DNA from: a virus | Length of the DNA: 64,000 nt | Reading direction: 5' to 3' (one strand) | IMG/VR virus record: IMGVR_UViG_3300044695_003856 | Coordinates: 7,352 to 71,351 of that record | Part shown: positions 20,243 through 30,707 of the stretch, one piece after another | How the letters are laid out: each line of letters begins with the position of its first letter | How positions within the stretch are numbered: position 1 is the first letter of the stretch | Made by a program: the position numbers and the translations under genes | The notes under the pieces: model-generated | What the model saw: only the letters and a program-made list of their open reading frames with translations | Databases searched by the model: none | Told to the model about the DNA's origin: nothing

Positions 20243-21574
20243 CTATTTTTTATTTACGCCCCTCGACTTCATTAATTGCTCGACTGCACTCATTTTTTGA
20301 GCTTGACGCTTTGTTGGAGCAATGCTCGCTCCTTTTGACATCAGTAGTTGTTCTGCTCTGTCATCCGGAAGAACGACGTATACCGCTTCGTCTTCGCCGC
20401 CTTGAGCCCTTAGATCTGCCTCAAACTTCTTGAGGTATTCAACCGTCCTCTTGGCTTCTGCAACCATTTCCTGATTGCTCATATTGGCTTTTCTTTTTTT
20501 GAACAAGTTAAGCTTTTCTTGGTCAACCGCCTTTTTTATTGCAGCCTCTTCTAATTTCGGCTTGGCTGCAAATCCGGCACCAACAAAAGCTGTTCCTTCG
20601 ATCCTAGAAGCGTTGGGGTCGTCAGCGCTAGTTACAGGAATCTTCTTGCCTTGCGCATTCGTATAGTATGGCATTTTCCTAACCTCGGTAACCGTCGGGT
20701 TAGACTGAATGACTTGCCCAGAATTGTTTACTGCGGGAGACATTAAGCCCTCCATCTTCACTGGGGAAGAAAGCTTGAGCGGTTGTCCCGACGTTAGCAA
20801 AGTTGGATCAGTGAGACCCGTCGTTGTACCCCTAACGTCCTCTGGTCTTGTTGTAACTCCGGCTACAGAACCAATAATCTCATCCAACCTTTGGAGTTTG
20901 TAAACATTGTCTGGATCGTTCATGAGTTGCTCACGCTTTGCCTCAAGTTGCTTAATCAAGCTTTCTTGATCCTTCCTGAACGACGCAGATTGAGCGGCAC
21001 CATACTGCCGCCCTTGCTCCCCTAGTACTCCTCTGATTTTTGGCTCAAGGCCAGAGATTTCTTTAAGGAAAACTTTTTCAAGCCTCTTTTCTTCTTGTTC
21101 GGCCAACTTCAGTTCACGATCGGTCGCATAATCAAGGCGCTGTTGCTGCTGATAGGCCAAATTCGCTTCCCTTTCTACAAGTGCTGTCTGTGCAGCACCG
21201 GTAGAGATGGCCCTGGCTTGCTGTTGTAAGCCTTGTACGCGCTTACGAAACTCTTGGTTCAACGCAAAGCTCTCAGGTACGGACATGTCCACCTTGCTGG
21301 GGTCGATGCCGAACTCGGCGGCTTTGTTTACGAACTGATTCAGCTCGTCTACGCCGGCAAAGAACTGCGCTCTTGACTGCTCGTCAGCCATGGCCATGAC
21401 ATTGGGGTTCAATCCAAATTGTCCTTCACTGACCATCTCCATAGGCTGCATGGCAGCCCTGGACATCGGGTTAGCAGTGGCAGCACTGACGCCTTGGTTC
21501 ATCCGAAATACCGGCACCTGAAATCCAAGACCAGCGGTCTGCTGGGCTACTCTAGGGGTAAGTTCAACGGCCAT
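20243..21574 (-). CDS. Putative internal virion/ejection protein
   Basis: Helical Q/A-rich sequence located between the tail and giant genes. Confidence 0.5.
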   Translation of the reverse strand: MAVELTPRVAQQTAGLGFQVPVFRMNQGVSAATANPMSRAAMQPMEMVSEGQFGLNPNVMAMADEQSRAQFFAGVDELNQFVNKAAEFGIDPSKVDMSVPESFALNQEFRKRVQGLQQQARAISTGAAQTALVEREANLAYQQQQRLDYATDRELKLAEQEEKRLEKVFLKEISGLEPKIRGVLGEQGRQYGAAQSASFRKDQESLIKQLEAKREQLMNDPDNVYKLQRLDEIIGSVAGVTTRPEDVRGTTTGLTDPTLLTSGQPLKLSSPVKMEGLMSPAVNNSGQVIQSNPTVTEVRKMPYYTNAQGKKIPVTSADDPNASRIEGTAFVGAGFAAKPKLEEAAIKKAVDQEKLNLFKKRKANMSNQEMVAEAKRTVEYLKKFEADLRAQGGEDEAVYVVLPDDRAEQLLMSKGASIAPTKRQAQKMSAVEQLMKSRGVNKK

Positions 21575-22416
21575 TATCGTCTTCTAAAAACTGGGCTTTG
21601 CGTTTGCATGTATGGGACATAAGACTGCTCTACGCCTTGATTCAAATAAGAATTAGGGCTGTAAAACCCAGGAAATCCCAATCTTGAAAACATTTGCGTT
21701 TCAAGAGGGTTTGCGTATCTAGGGGTTTCCGTCATTGCCGCTGGCTCTTCAGCCATTGGTGTGGGCGTATTCTTCAGCGCGTTGTACATCCGGAAGTTCT
21801 GAATGTATTGCGGGATGTCCGCAACGGAAGCACCAGCTGCAGCACCAATGTTGGCTCTCTGCTGAGCGACGTCAGCCTCTAAGCCTTCCCTTTGACGGAT
21901 GTAGTCCTGGAAACCGAGTTGGTAATCCATGGCTTCCAAGTTCCTCTGCTGTTGCATCTCCTGGTTTCTCATGTTAATCAACTGGTCCAGCTCAGCTCGG
22001 TTCCTTGTCTGCATGTTCATATCGGTAAGCAAGCCCTGCCTCTGCTGTGCAGCGGCATTCGAACTCACTCCCTGCATGTAGGCTAAGCCTGCTCCACCAC
22101 CCAGTCCTGCAGCGATCTGACGACCACGCTCCATTTGCCTGGCAGTCTGCTCATCGGCAGCTCTCTGATAACCCATCATGGGTTGGTCAGCCAATTGTTG
22201 CTGTTGGGCGATTCTTTGGCTCAGGAGAGGGTTTTGACGGAAAGCGGGCAGAGAAGGTCGCTGAAGACCAGAAAGTCTTTCCTGGGCCCTCTTACGAGCT
22301 TGATTGGCCACTAGGGCCGATATAAGGTTGCCACCAATGTTGGCCCCCATTGACACATACGGGTTCACGCCCATACGGGCTTGTACTGATTTAGCAAGTA
22401 ACTCGTCAATTGTCAT
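21574..22416 (-). CDS. Putative internal virion/ejection protein
   Basis: Q/A/G-rich helical sequence typical of DNA-transfer proteins. Confidence 0.5.
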   Translation of the reverse strand: MTIDELLAKSVQARMGVNPYVSMGANIGGNLISALVANQARKRAQERLSGLQRPSLPAFRQNPLLSQRIAQQQQLADQPMMGYQRAADEQTARQMERGRQIAAGLGGGAGLAYMQGVSSNAAAQQRQGLLTDMNMQTRNRAELDQLINMRNQEMQQQRNLEAMDYQLGFQDYIRQREGLEADVAQQRANIGAAAGASVADIPQYIQNFRMYNALKNTPTPMAEEPAAMTETPRYANPLETQMFSRLGFPGFYSPNSYLNQGVEQSYVPYMQTQSPVFRRR

Positions 22417-22418
22417 CG

Positions 22419-22841
22419 TTAAAGAAATTTGAGGTATTCGGTCCTATTAGGCATAACATTCTTGCGCATATTTTGTATCTCGGAAAGATAAGCGTCCTGC
22501 CTGGCAGAGGCCATGGCTTCAGAAATGGCTTGGTTACGATCGGCCATCTCGGAGGCATACATCTGACCATACTCCTCCTCGGCTTGAGCTTCAGCATCCG
22601 CTTGTGCTCCACCTCCGAAGAGCGATCCAGCGGCTCCTCCCAAGGCACTACCAACTGATGCCCCTACTGCCGTGCCAAGCCCGGGAATAACGCTTCCAGC
22701 AATAGCTCCTAGGGTTCCACCAATAGCTGTAGCCCAAGGCGTAGCAGCTTGCTGCTTCTCTTGCTTGGCTTTAGCCCCTGCCTCCTCAATGTAGGAGAAC
22801 TTGTTGGGCATCATGACGGGGTTGTATAGACTTGGATCCAT
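22419..22841 (-). CDS. Glycine-zipper pilot/ejection protein
   Basis: AIGGTLGAIAGSVIPGLGTAVGASVGSALGGAAGSLFGGG. Confidence 0.55.
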   Translation of the reverse strand: MDPSLYNPVMMPNKFSYIEEAGAKAKQEKQQAATPWATAIGGTLGAIAGSVIPGLGTAVGASVGSALGGAAGSLFGGGAQADAEAQAEEEYGQMYASEMADRNQAISEAMASARQDAYLSEIQNMRKNVMPNRTEYLKFL

Positions 22842-25800
22842 TACCTGAAGACTTTTCTAAATTGGTTGACGGCAGAGCGAAGGTTGATGCCGGTTGACGT
22901 GTTGCTAAACCACAGATTAATTGTGTGGTAAGCCCCTACCAGCCTCTTTCCAGCGCTCTCACGAATGACGTTTGTGCTACTCATGCCGAGTCTCGATACG
23001 ATACCAGTGGTTTGATTGTTGGTGCTTGATGGCGTAAGTCCAGCGCTGTCGTTGTAAGCAGTTATGTTGAACTGGCTGAATAACGACCGACTATTAATAC
23101 CAACAACATCAAGGACTTTTGGTTCATTCAAGTTCTTGTTGAAAACGTACTCGATGTTTGCGTCAACGGTTTTTAAATGGTTTCCGGTTAGAAGTGAAAG
23201 ATAGCTGTTGCCACCTTTCCATTTATTAATGTGGATGTCGATAACTTCGTGGCTCGACTGTCCGCTATGCGTCTGAATCATGTAGGTGCTGCCGTTCAAG
23301 TCAAAGACGTACAACGGTCTGTTTCCTATTTTACCTCCATGGCCATTGTCCTGCACGTCCCAATCAAGGTTAGACATAAATGCGTCTAACTTGACGCCAT
23401 ACGACAGCCACTTAATGACTTCCTGGTTCTCAAAGTTGTCGTCACTAGGTAAAGCCCCCATAATGTACAAGACCTTGTCAACGCGGTCGTATGACATCTG
23501 AATCGTGTGCTCAAGCCAAGGAACGTAGGTCTCCGAGAAGTTCTCCCGGAAGTACTGCTCCATCCTTGACAGCGACACAATCTTGGCGCCATCCAATAGG
23601 TTTATGAGGACACCACGCTTGGTGTCCAAAGCGTAAACTCCGTTCTCCGTTGGAATCATGCATCGAAGCAGCTCGACGCCATAGTTCGTTGTCAGATACT
23701 TTGGAGGGGTGTTGTCGCTGATGTAGGTTCCACCCTGTACGGCCAACGTAGAGTTGTCCTGAAGCGTTGTGAGCGACTTGTTGACATACAGCAGAGAGAT
23801 AGAGTCGTCCTGGCCAATGATGGGCTCTCCATCGTTGAGAAGAGCAATCTTGGTGACCTTGCCGTACTTCTCGTCCATGTCAAAGAAGTTCAATGCCCTG
23901 AACCTCGAGAAGCCATCCTGGTTAAGGTCTGCGCTACGCACATCTGAGTAGATGAGTCTGGCAGGGTAGTTCTGTGATACAGATGTCAACCGGTTCTCGG
24001 AGAAGAACTTCTTAGGGAAGTTCTCAATGGAGTAGCCGAAGTTGTAGTTGTAGAATGCGTCTGCTTGGTAATCGCCAACGCTACTAGCGTTTGGAGCGGT
24101 CCTGTTGTAGTACGGGAAGCGATTTTTATCTGAATTGTAGAACGCATTGGCTTCACCTTCGGTGTACATCTCGATGTACTCCGGGCTGGTTTTTGCTCCA
24201 GTCTTAAACACGCGTTGAGTGAATCCTCCCGCAGTTTGTGCATATTCGCACATACCCCTAAAATCAAAGTCAAGCCCACCGATGCCACTGGCGGTTGGTA
24301 AATAATATCCGGGCACATTGTACTCGTCGTTGACCTTGTATCGGTACTTTGAAATAAAACAATCTCCACCCCAGACATCAAGTGCGATCCTTTGACTTGT
24401 TCCGGTTACCGGAGCATAAGCTCCCGTATGGATATACTCTTGAATCCTATTGGCATCACCATACCTTCCGTCAGGCTTTCCGGCACGGAAGTTAGCCACA
24501 TACAGGGCTTGCTGCATGTCGTCTGCAGGGCTTGAGTACTGCGTAAATGTTGGAGTTCCCGTTGAATAAACAAATTCAGCTCCACAATCAACATTTTCTA
24601 TAGGCGCGTAATTTAGGTCAGGCCCATCACGAAGAAGAAGTGGATAAGAAGGGACTAATCCTACGTTTTCAGTTCGATTAGACCCCAACCAGGTCACGTT
24701 CATTAATGGGTTTCCGTAAATAAGCCCATTCCTTAGCTGCCTGGTACCGCCTGTTGGATTGTACTGATTCAAGTATTGAGCGAAAGCAATGCTCGCAAAA
24801 GTGTTAACCCTTCCGGTATTTGTAGTATCCCTAGGTATGTAACCAAATTGCCCAGCACTCAATGGGCAATAGTTTGCCGTGATTAGGTATAGCGGATCGT
24901 CCAAGAACTGATCAAGGCTAATAACTGTAGTTCTTTGAGCTTCAATATTGGTTGAGTACAGGTTGGCAGTGCCAACGTCACTCATGTCTATGGACGAGTT
25001 CTTCTGCTGAGCAGTTAAGTCTGTTCCGGCTATCAGGTAATTGACGGAGCTTCTTCCGTCACCAACGCTAGCGCCATTAGATGACGCAAACTCTGTGGTA
25101 TTCAATAAGATCTTTGAATTACCCTTTGTTACCGGTATCAACAATTCAGTTGTTGAGAGAGAAGATAAATCCAAAAGAGTTCTTGTGTAATAGGCGTAAT
25201 TTAGTCCGCCACTAGCAAGGCTTCCAGTTACGTCGGCTGCCTTCTGAGATCCCACAAAAGAAGCGGTTTGTATTCCGTTTGCTTGAAGGAAAGACTCTTG
25301 TATCTTGCGCCTATAGGTGTCGTCGTAGTTTCCGCTAACCCCAGAAGACCTTTGAGTCTTCATATTGATATAGCTATTCGGATACCAGTGCAAGCTATGA
25401 CTAAGACATGAGTACACCCTAGCCTCAACGTATCCTGAAGGATATGTTATAGACATTCCGCTAACAGTTACCGTTGACGTCGTCGTCGTTGGCGTAAGCG
25501 AAGACAATATGAACCCACATACATCAACGATGTCCACTTTCATCGTGACTAGCTCTGGCGTCTTTATGAGAGGCGATCCTGCGCTATTGTATACGTAATC
25601 AATAGCTGGCGCAAAAGCCTTCTTCCAGCGCATTCTGTTTTCTGGAATAGAATTGATTCCTTGATAAGCTGGCAGCTTATATGGGTCCAGCACGGATCCG
25701 GTTACGCGTTGTGAAAAAACGGTAAGCGCTTCCATGTTCCTTGCGGCTCCCATTTTAAGTGACTTAGGCCCTAAATAATCTAGCTCTCCAACTCCGTTGG

Positions 25801-27703
25801 TTACCGTGTAGTCATTGTTTGTGTTGATATCTTTTCCGGGCGTTGACACGCCTAAATAAAGACTTGCGGGGATGATAGGGCTTTGATAAATGATGTCCCT
25901 GTCTCGGTCCATTCGAACCACGGCCATTCCTCTGGCCCATGCGGGGTGTCCAGAGACATCTACTCTAAGCCCCAGGGCTTGTGGAAGGCTCGACCCGTCC
26001 GTACCGGAAGCCAAAAGTGAGTAAGGCCCAAACTCATTGTTGCCGGTACTTGTCACGCCCAAATGTTCCCGCTTTGGGAACTTCCAAGAGAATTGGTCGG
26101 AAGAGTGATTGTACGCGTTCCCCTTTAATGGCAACAAGTCAGCGGTACCGCTAGCCGTTGAAAAATTTGGGTACGGAGCAAAAGGCCCACCTGGCAATGC
26201 AATGATGAGCGATGTGCCCGCAATGGAAACAATCTCTGTTTCAAAAGACAAGCTCGTTGCGCCAACGGTTACTGTACAACCGACAGACTCTCCGACTACA
26301 TATCCTGTAGCTCCAGCTGGCCACCCAGCCCCTCGAGTTATCGTTATTGTGTTGGCGTTGTAACTAATTCCCCCTGTTGCAATTGACCCAGTAACCCGAC
26401 TAAAGGTCTTAGGCGTACTTGCCGAAAAGTTCGAGAAGTTCAGCGGCTTTACTGGAGACCAGTTGCCGTATTGGTCGTGATACGTGATGCCAAAGCGATA
26501 CACTTCGTCACGAAAATAACCACGATAACGAGTGGTATTCAGCGGGTCTTCATAATCAACCCTTCTGCGAATAGTCTTCGCCTCAATAATGTTAACCTCA
26601 TCATCCGCAATTCTTCGATCGAAGTACTTGATGTTTCCAGCAAGAAGGCGGTTGTCTTTCTCCACAATTGTCTTGACGGTTTCCACCGGCGCATCAGGCG
26701 CCGTAATCTCATCAATATCCAACTCAAACTCCGGCTCATTGCCAGTGTACGTCCCAGTAAGCGTTGTAGTACCAGTATTCGTGTTTGGAAACTCGTTTAC
26801 ATAAGCGACCAACTGCTGAACATATGTTCCGTCGTTGTTCTTAACAACAGCTATCTCTATCCTGTCATAATCAATTGACGTTTCGCCAGTTGATAGGGCT
26901 ATGCTGTAACTGATGGACCTGGACGTTTGCTGACCTACTGCTCCGCCATAGTAATTGACTGTGCTTCCAGAGCTGTAAGACAGAGGGATAATGGGCACTG
27001 GGTTCGTAAACGTAGACCATTTCGTGTACGTACTTGGAGATGTCGAGGCCTGCTTTAATCGGTACGCCAGTTGATATGTCCCCGCCAATAAAGAACCATC
27101 GTTGCCCAATCCGGTAATCGTCATAGCCATTGCAGAGCTTGCGTCTGAAATGACATTGAGCTGATCCGCTGAAGAATAAGGAAAAGTGCCTCCTTGCCAA
27201 ACATCTCTGTCCATTTGGATTTTCCTGAGCGTGTTGGAAAAGTCAGTGAAGTACACCGTCTTGTTCTCCCTGTCTTCAGTAAAAAACGAGTCAATGCTTG
27301 TTGTAGCAGAAAAGTTTAAGTCAGTACCCGTGTAGATGGTGTAGATGGTTCCGTCAGAAAAATTCCCATTTTGTGCGAAAAAGTAAATTCCGTGGTCGCT
27401 ATTGCTTCCGCCGTCTTCGTCAACGTATGTGTAAACAACAAAGCCATCAACTGGCGTTCCACTCACGACCGCTTTAGCGACCGTGTATCCAAGGATGTTG
27501 ATGTTCTCAATTGGATATCCAGTGTTTAGGTTTTGCGATTGAAGCAGCAAGGAGCTCCTGACTTGATTGATAATCATCTGCTCACCGGCAGATGTCAACT
27601 CAATGTTGGTTGCATCGCGATAGGTTTCCTCCGGCTGAAAGGCCGGAGAAAAGTCCCTGTGCATGCCCTTGAAGAATGTCTGACCCTCTTTCTTAATTTC
27701 CAT
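22841..27703 (-). CDS. Tail stabilization/nozzle protein (crAss-like)
   Basis: FFKGMHRD...YRDATN N-terminus; RGYFRDEVYRFGI, WGGDCFISKY and DGFSRFRALNFFD motifs; gene position. Confidence 0.7.
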   Translation of the reverse strand: MEIKKEGQTFFKGMHRDFSPAFQPEETYRDATNIELTSAGEQMIINQVRSSLLLQSQNLNTGYPIENINILGYTVAKAVVSGTPVDGFVVYTYVDEDGGSNSDHGIYFFAQNGNFSDGTIYTIYTGTDLNFSATTSIDSFFTEDRENKTVYFTDFSNTLRKIQMDRDVWQGGTFPYSSADQLNVISDASSAMAMTITGLGNDGSLLAGTYQLAYRLKQASTSPSTYTKWSTFTNPVPIIPLSYSSGSTVNYYGGAVGQQTSRSISYSIALSTGETSIDYDRIEIAVVKNNDGTYVQQLVAYVNEFPNTNTGTTTLTGTYTGNEPEFELDIDEITAPDAPVETVKTIVEKDNRLLAGNIKYFDRRIADDEVNIIEAKTIRRRVDYEDPLNTTRYRGYFRDEVYRFGITYHDQYGNWSPVKPLNFSNFSASTPKTFSRVTGSIATGGISYNANTITITRGAGWPAGATGYVVGESVGCTVTVGATSLSFETEIVSIAGTSLIIALPGGPFAPYPNFSTASGTADLLPLKGNAYNHSSDQFSWKFPKREHLGVTSTGNNEFGPYSLLASGTDGSSLPQALGLRVDVSGHPAWARGMAVVRMDRDRDIIYQSPIIPASLYLGVSTPGKDINTNNDYTVTNGVGELDYLGPKSLKMGAARNMEALTVFSQRVTGSVLDPYKLPAYQGINSIPENRMRWKKAFAPAIDYVYNSAGSPLIKTPELVTMKVDIVDVCGFILSSLTPTTTTSTVTVSGMSITYPSGYVEARVYSCLSHSLHWYPNSYINMKTQRSSGVSGNYDDTYRRKIQESFLQANGIQTASFVGSQKAADVTGSLASGGLNYAYYTRTLLDLSSLSTTELLIPVTKGNSKILLNTTEFASSNGASVGDGRSSVNYLIAGTDLTAQQKNSSIDMSDVGTANLYSTNIEAQRTTVISLDQFLDDPLYLITANYCPLSAGQFGYIPRDTTNTGRVNTFASIAFAQYLNQYNPTGGTRQLRNGLIYGNPLMNVTWLGSNRTENVGLVPSYPLLLRDGPDLNYAPIENVDCGAEFVYSTGTPTFTQYSSPADDMQQALYVANFRAGKPDGRYGDANRIQEYIHTGAYAPVTGTSQRIALDVWGGDCFISKYRYKVNDEYNVPGYYLPTASGIGGLDFDFRGMCEYAQTAGGFTQRVFKTGAKTSPEYIEMYTEGEANAFYNSDKNRFPYYNRTAPNASSVGDYQADAFYNYNFGYSIENFPKKFFSENRLTSVSQNYPARLIYSDVRSADLNQDGFSRFRALNFFDMDEKYGKVTKIALLNDGEPIIGQDDSISLLYVNKSLTTLQDNSTLAVQGGTYISDNTPPKYLTTNYGVELLRCMIPTENGVYALDTKRGVLINLLDGAKIVSLSRMEQYFRENFSETYVPWLEHTIQMSYDRVDKVLYIMGALPSDDNFENQEVIKWLSYGVKLDAFMSNLDWDVQDNGHGGKIGNRPLYVFDLNGSTYMIQTHSGQSSHEVIDIHINKWKGGNSYLSLLTGNHLKTVDANIEYVFNKNLNEPKVLDVVGINSRSLFSQFNITAYNDSAGLTPSSTNNQTTGIVSRLGMSSTNVIRESAGKRLVGAYHTINLWFSNTSTGINLRSAVNQFRKVFR

Positions 27704-28395
27704 TAATTGGGGGTTTTAGGCGTTCTAATCAATCGTTTTTGGTTGGGGAGCATGGTAAGCCACATGGCAATCGCGGCTTCAATCTCGGGCTTCTGAGGCT
27801 GGTTACGCTTCGACATAGCATCGGCCTTCAAGGTGACCCACTGCTGGTACAACATCTGGACCTCGCTCATTGGAATTTCGTTGCGCTTCTTGTAGCGCTC
27901 CCTCTTGACGAACATATATTCGATGTAAGCAACGATCGCCCTCAAGTAATACTCTGGTACCAACGGAGTGTTGTTCGCGTCCACAGGCATGGCGTAATAG
28001 CGTAGGATCACCTTGTCGTAGCCATTGCTGGTTACGGTACTGCTGAAGATTAGGTTGCTGCCTTGACGGCTCACGATGTAGTCCTTGTCGTACTGAGTTT
28101 GGTCGTCATCCGGAACATTCGACCAGTAGTTGGAATCAAAGAACGGATAGGTGACGTGACCGCTAGCCCCTACCTGTATCGCAATAGAGTCGATGTACAC
28201 GCAATTGCTAGGAATCGAATAGACACCACCAGAGATGGCCCCCGTGGTATTGGTCAAGTTCAAGGTCGTCAGACCAATGTCCCTGGTACCTTGGAACGCC
28301 CATTCGTAGAAGAGAACCCGGTAACGGTCGTTCTCCATGCCCAAGGCAATCGCTGCGCTGCTGACGATCTCGTCGATGCTTACGGTATTGATCAT
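27703..28395 (-). CDS. Tail ring/adaptor protein
   Basis: VILRYYAMPVDANNTPLVPE...AIVAYI; gene position. Confidence 0.6.
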   Translation of the reverse strand: MINTVSIDEIVSSAAIALGMENDRYRVLFYEWAFQGTRDIGLTTLNLTNTTGAISGGVYSIPSNCVYIDSIAIQVGASGHVTYPFFDSNYWSNVPDDDQTQYDKDYIVSRQGSNLIFSSTVTSNGYDKVILRYYAMPVDANNTPLVPEYYLRAIVAYIEYMFVKRERYKKRNEIPMSEVQMLYQQWVTLKADAMSKRNQPQKPEIEAAIAMWLTMLPNQKRLIRTPKTPN

Positions 28396-29132
28396 TGCTC
28401 TTTAGCTTGTTCTAAGTTGGTGGATTGGTAAAGCTCTGTTTCTCGGATAGATATACCAGCTAATTGCAGAGATCTAAACAAAAGCTCGTTGTGGAACATC
28501 GCATCAATCTCTGGATTGACAATTGGTGCCGTCGTCTTGATAGCTCTTGGGAATACGATGACCTCTACGAGGTAAGACGAGCCGGTCACTGGGGCAGCAG
28601 GGTAAAACTCAATCTGCCCAAGGCTCGTTGTCCCCGATGTGCCAGAGGCATACGAAGACACGGCGTAGATGGCGCCCCTATTGCCGGCAACGGCCGTGTT
28701 AAACGTTCTCAGTCCTTTGTAGACATTCGTTGCCGCCCTGATAGACCTTACCATCTTGGCGCTGACATAATCCGTTGTAGAGCCTGTAGCGGCTTGTACC
28801 AGGAAGTCGACGACCTTGTAGAGAGATGTGCTACCGGTTCCCAGTGCCGAATTGATTGTCGAAAAGGTTATAGCGCTTACTCCGCTAGCAATACCGGTAA
28901 CCGTCGCGGTTCTAAGCAATGTCCCAATACCCTGCTGAAATGCGTCTTCACGGCTGAAATCAAGAGCGTCAACGTCCTTTCGGTCCTGCTTCTTGGAAGG
29001 GAAAAGAATCTCGTCAACAAGGCTCAACTGAGCCGTATTGAAGAAGTTGTCTTTTTCAGTGTCCGTAAAGTAGGGCGATCCAACTTTGTCGCAAATGAGG
29101 TCAAACCTCGCACTTAATTCTGCTGCTGTCAT
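28392..29132 (-). CDS. Head-tail connector/ring protein
   Basis: FDLICDKVGSPYFTDTEKDNFFNTAQ...EIDAMFHNEL; gene position. Confidence 0.6.
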   Translation of the reverse strand: MTAAELSARFDLICDKVGSPYFTDTEKDNFFNTAQLSLVDEILFPSKKQDRKDVDALDFSREDAFQQGIGTLLRTATVTGIASGVSAITFSTINSALGTGSTSLYKVVDFLVQAATGSTTDYVSAKMVRSIRAATNVYKGLRTFNTAVAGNRGAIYAVSSYASGTSGTTSLGQIEFYPAAPVTGSSYLVEVIVFPRAIKTTAPIVNPEIDAMFHNELLFRSLQLAGISIRETELYQSTNLEQAKEQ

Positions 29133-29152
29133 TGGGCGTTGCTATCTTTCAT

Positions 29153-29179
29153 TTAACAAACAATCCAACATACGGGTTC
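29153..29179 (-). promoter_or_regulatory. Putative phage-sigma late promoter GAAC-N18-GTTAA
   Basis: Minus strand reads TGAACCCGTATGTTGGATTGTTTGTTAA, upstream of 29132. Confidence 0.65.
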
Positions 29180-29206
29180 AAAAGAAAAGGGAGCCGAAGC
29201 TCCCTT
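29180..29206 (-). terminator. Rho-independent terminator
   Basis: Minus strand AAGGGAGC-TTCG-GCTCCCTT followed by TTCTTTT. Confidence 0.75.
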
Positions 29207-29228
29207 AACCAATCCAATTAAAGCCCCT

Positions 29229-29813
29229 TTATTTATCAGTCCATTCTAAGTCGTCGTTTTCTGCAACCGTTAACACTTGGCCCGCGTTTCCTACGGCTAA
29301 GTTTTTCCATACGGATCCATCCCAATACTTGATGTCTCCCTTTGCGTCTCCATTACTGAAACCTGGACCGGCAGGACCTTGCGCTCCTGTAGCGCCAGGA
29401 GGACCGACATCGCCAGGGGGACCAAGCTCTCCAGGGACTCCTTGGTTGCCTTGTGGTCCAGGAGGACCAGCAGGACCCGTGCTTCCGGATGCTCCCGGAC
29501 TCCCAGACGCTCCAGTAGGACCCGCAGGGCCCACAGGACCCGTGGTGCCATTCTCCCCAACGACTCTGCCGGCATTAACCAATCGGCCGCTGACAAAGCG
29601 TAGAATCAAGTCGTTCTGCTGGATGTAGGCCGTCTCTATCTCGTCAAGCTGTACTTGCGGTACAATGACCTGCGGTGTTTGAGTAGCCAAAAACTGAGCC
29701 ACCCTCTCGGAAGATGACCCGACATTCGCTGCTATTTCAACAGCGCTAGCATCTGGGTACCTTTCTCGGTACCTCAGAATGCGTAGCTCTGTATCCGTAA
29801 AAGTTGATGGCAT
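29229..29813 (-). CDS. Collagen triple-helix protein with HTH-like N-terminus
   Basis: About 20 G-X-Y repeats; C-terminal [11 protein letters not shown]...GQVLTV fibre motif. Confidence 0.7.
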   Translation of the reverse strand: MPSTFTDTELRILRYRERYPDASAVEIAANVGSSSERVAQFLATQTPQVIVPQVQLDEIETAYIQQNDLILRFVSGRLVNAGRVVGENGTTGPVGPAGPTGASGSPGASGSTGPAGPPGPQGNQGVPGELGPPGDVGPPGATGAQGPAGPGFSNGDAKGDIKYWDGSVWKNLAVGNAGQVLTVAENDDLEWTDK

Positions 29814-30607
29814 TACTTCTGCGGCCTCTTGGGAGTCATGTGCTTGTTAAGCTCAGCCATGGTAATCTCTGGGCCCTGCTCCTCAACCGGTTCTTTAACC
29901 ACCTGCTTGGGCTCCTCTTTCTCCGAGTCCAAGAAGCCAATACGACTCTCGATCATGTCCAAGACTTCTTTCTCGTTGACCAATTTGCCAATCGTTGAGT
30001 TCTCGTCCACGCCCAAGGTGTAGCTGCCAAAGCGGTACACGCCATCGTTCGTTGTGATAACGCCACGGCCTACAGCCGTGCGTACCAGGTGACGCATACG
30101 GGCTTCCTTGTTCGGAATGTTGTACACCTTCAAGAACTGCTTTGGGTTACGCTCAGCATACGTGAGAACGCTCTCAAATGCTAATGTTTCGTCCTCCTCG
30201 TCGTAGAACATACCACAAAGCGACGCAACCTCCAAGAGCCTACGGCCCTTCAGCTCAGAAGCCAACGTGAGCGCCTTGGCGTTCAACAGCTTGTCCTCAA
30301 TGCGCTGCCTGGACTCAACCTCTGGCTGAAGCCTCTTAAACAACGCAGTACCATTAAACCATGGAGACTCCGGATTGTTCGGATGGTTCGTCAAGAAGTC
30401 CATCAAGTCCTTGTTGGCCTTGTGGACCAACATTGGTTCGTCGATATTGAAATGAAAACGCTTGTAGCGTGTACGACCATCCGGAAGGATGGTCTCCGTC
30501 AAACGATGGACTTGTCCGTCCAAGGTCTTGTACTCCGAAAAGTGAAAAGTACTCCCGTTTCCTGCCTGCAGGAGGAAGAACTCAAAGTCGCTTTGTTTTA
30601 CTGGCAT
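29813..30607 (-). CDS. Capsid-adjacent hypothetical protein
   Basis: Long ORF directly after the major capsid gene, with its own promoter. Confidence 0.6.
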   Translation of the reverse strand: MPVKQSDFEFFLLQAGNGSTFHFSEYKTLDGQVHRLTETILPDGRTRYKRFHFNIDEPMLVHKANKDLMDFLTNHPNNPESPWFNGTALFKRLQPEVESRQRIEDKLLNAKALTLASELKGRRLLEVASLCGMFYDEEDETLAFESVLTYAERNPKQFLKVYNIPNKEARMRHLVRTAVGRGVITTNDGVYRFGSYTLGVDENSTIGKLVNEKEVLDMIESRIGFLDSEKEEPKQVVKEPVEEQGPEITMAELNKHMTPKRPQK

Positions 30608-30627
30608 TGTTTTGATTTTATGACACT

Positions 30628-30654
30628 ATAACACCGAATGTTTCGATTGGTTCC
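30628..30654 (-). promoter_or_regulatory. Putative phage-sigma late promoter GGAAC-N17-GTTAT
   Basis: Minus strand reads GGAACCAATCGAAACATTCGGTGTTAT. Confidence 0.65.
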
Positions 30655-30686
30655 AAAAAGAAAACCCCCGCCTTTCGGCGAGGGTT
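30655..30686 (-). terminator. Terminator after the major capsid gene
   Basis: Minus strand AACCCTCGCC-GAAA-GGCGGGGGTT followed by TTCTTTTT. Confidence 0.75.
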
Positions 30687-30707
30687 CTCAACGTAGAACC
30701 GCTGCGT

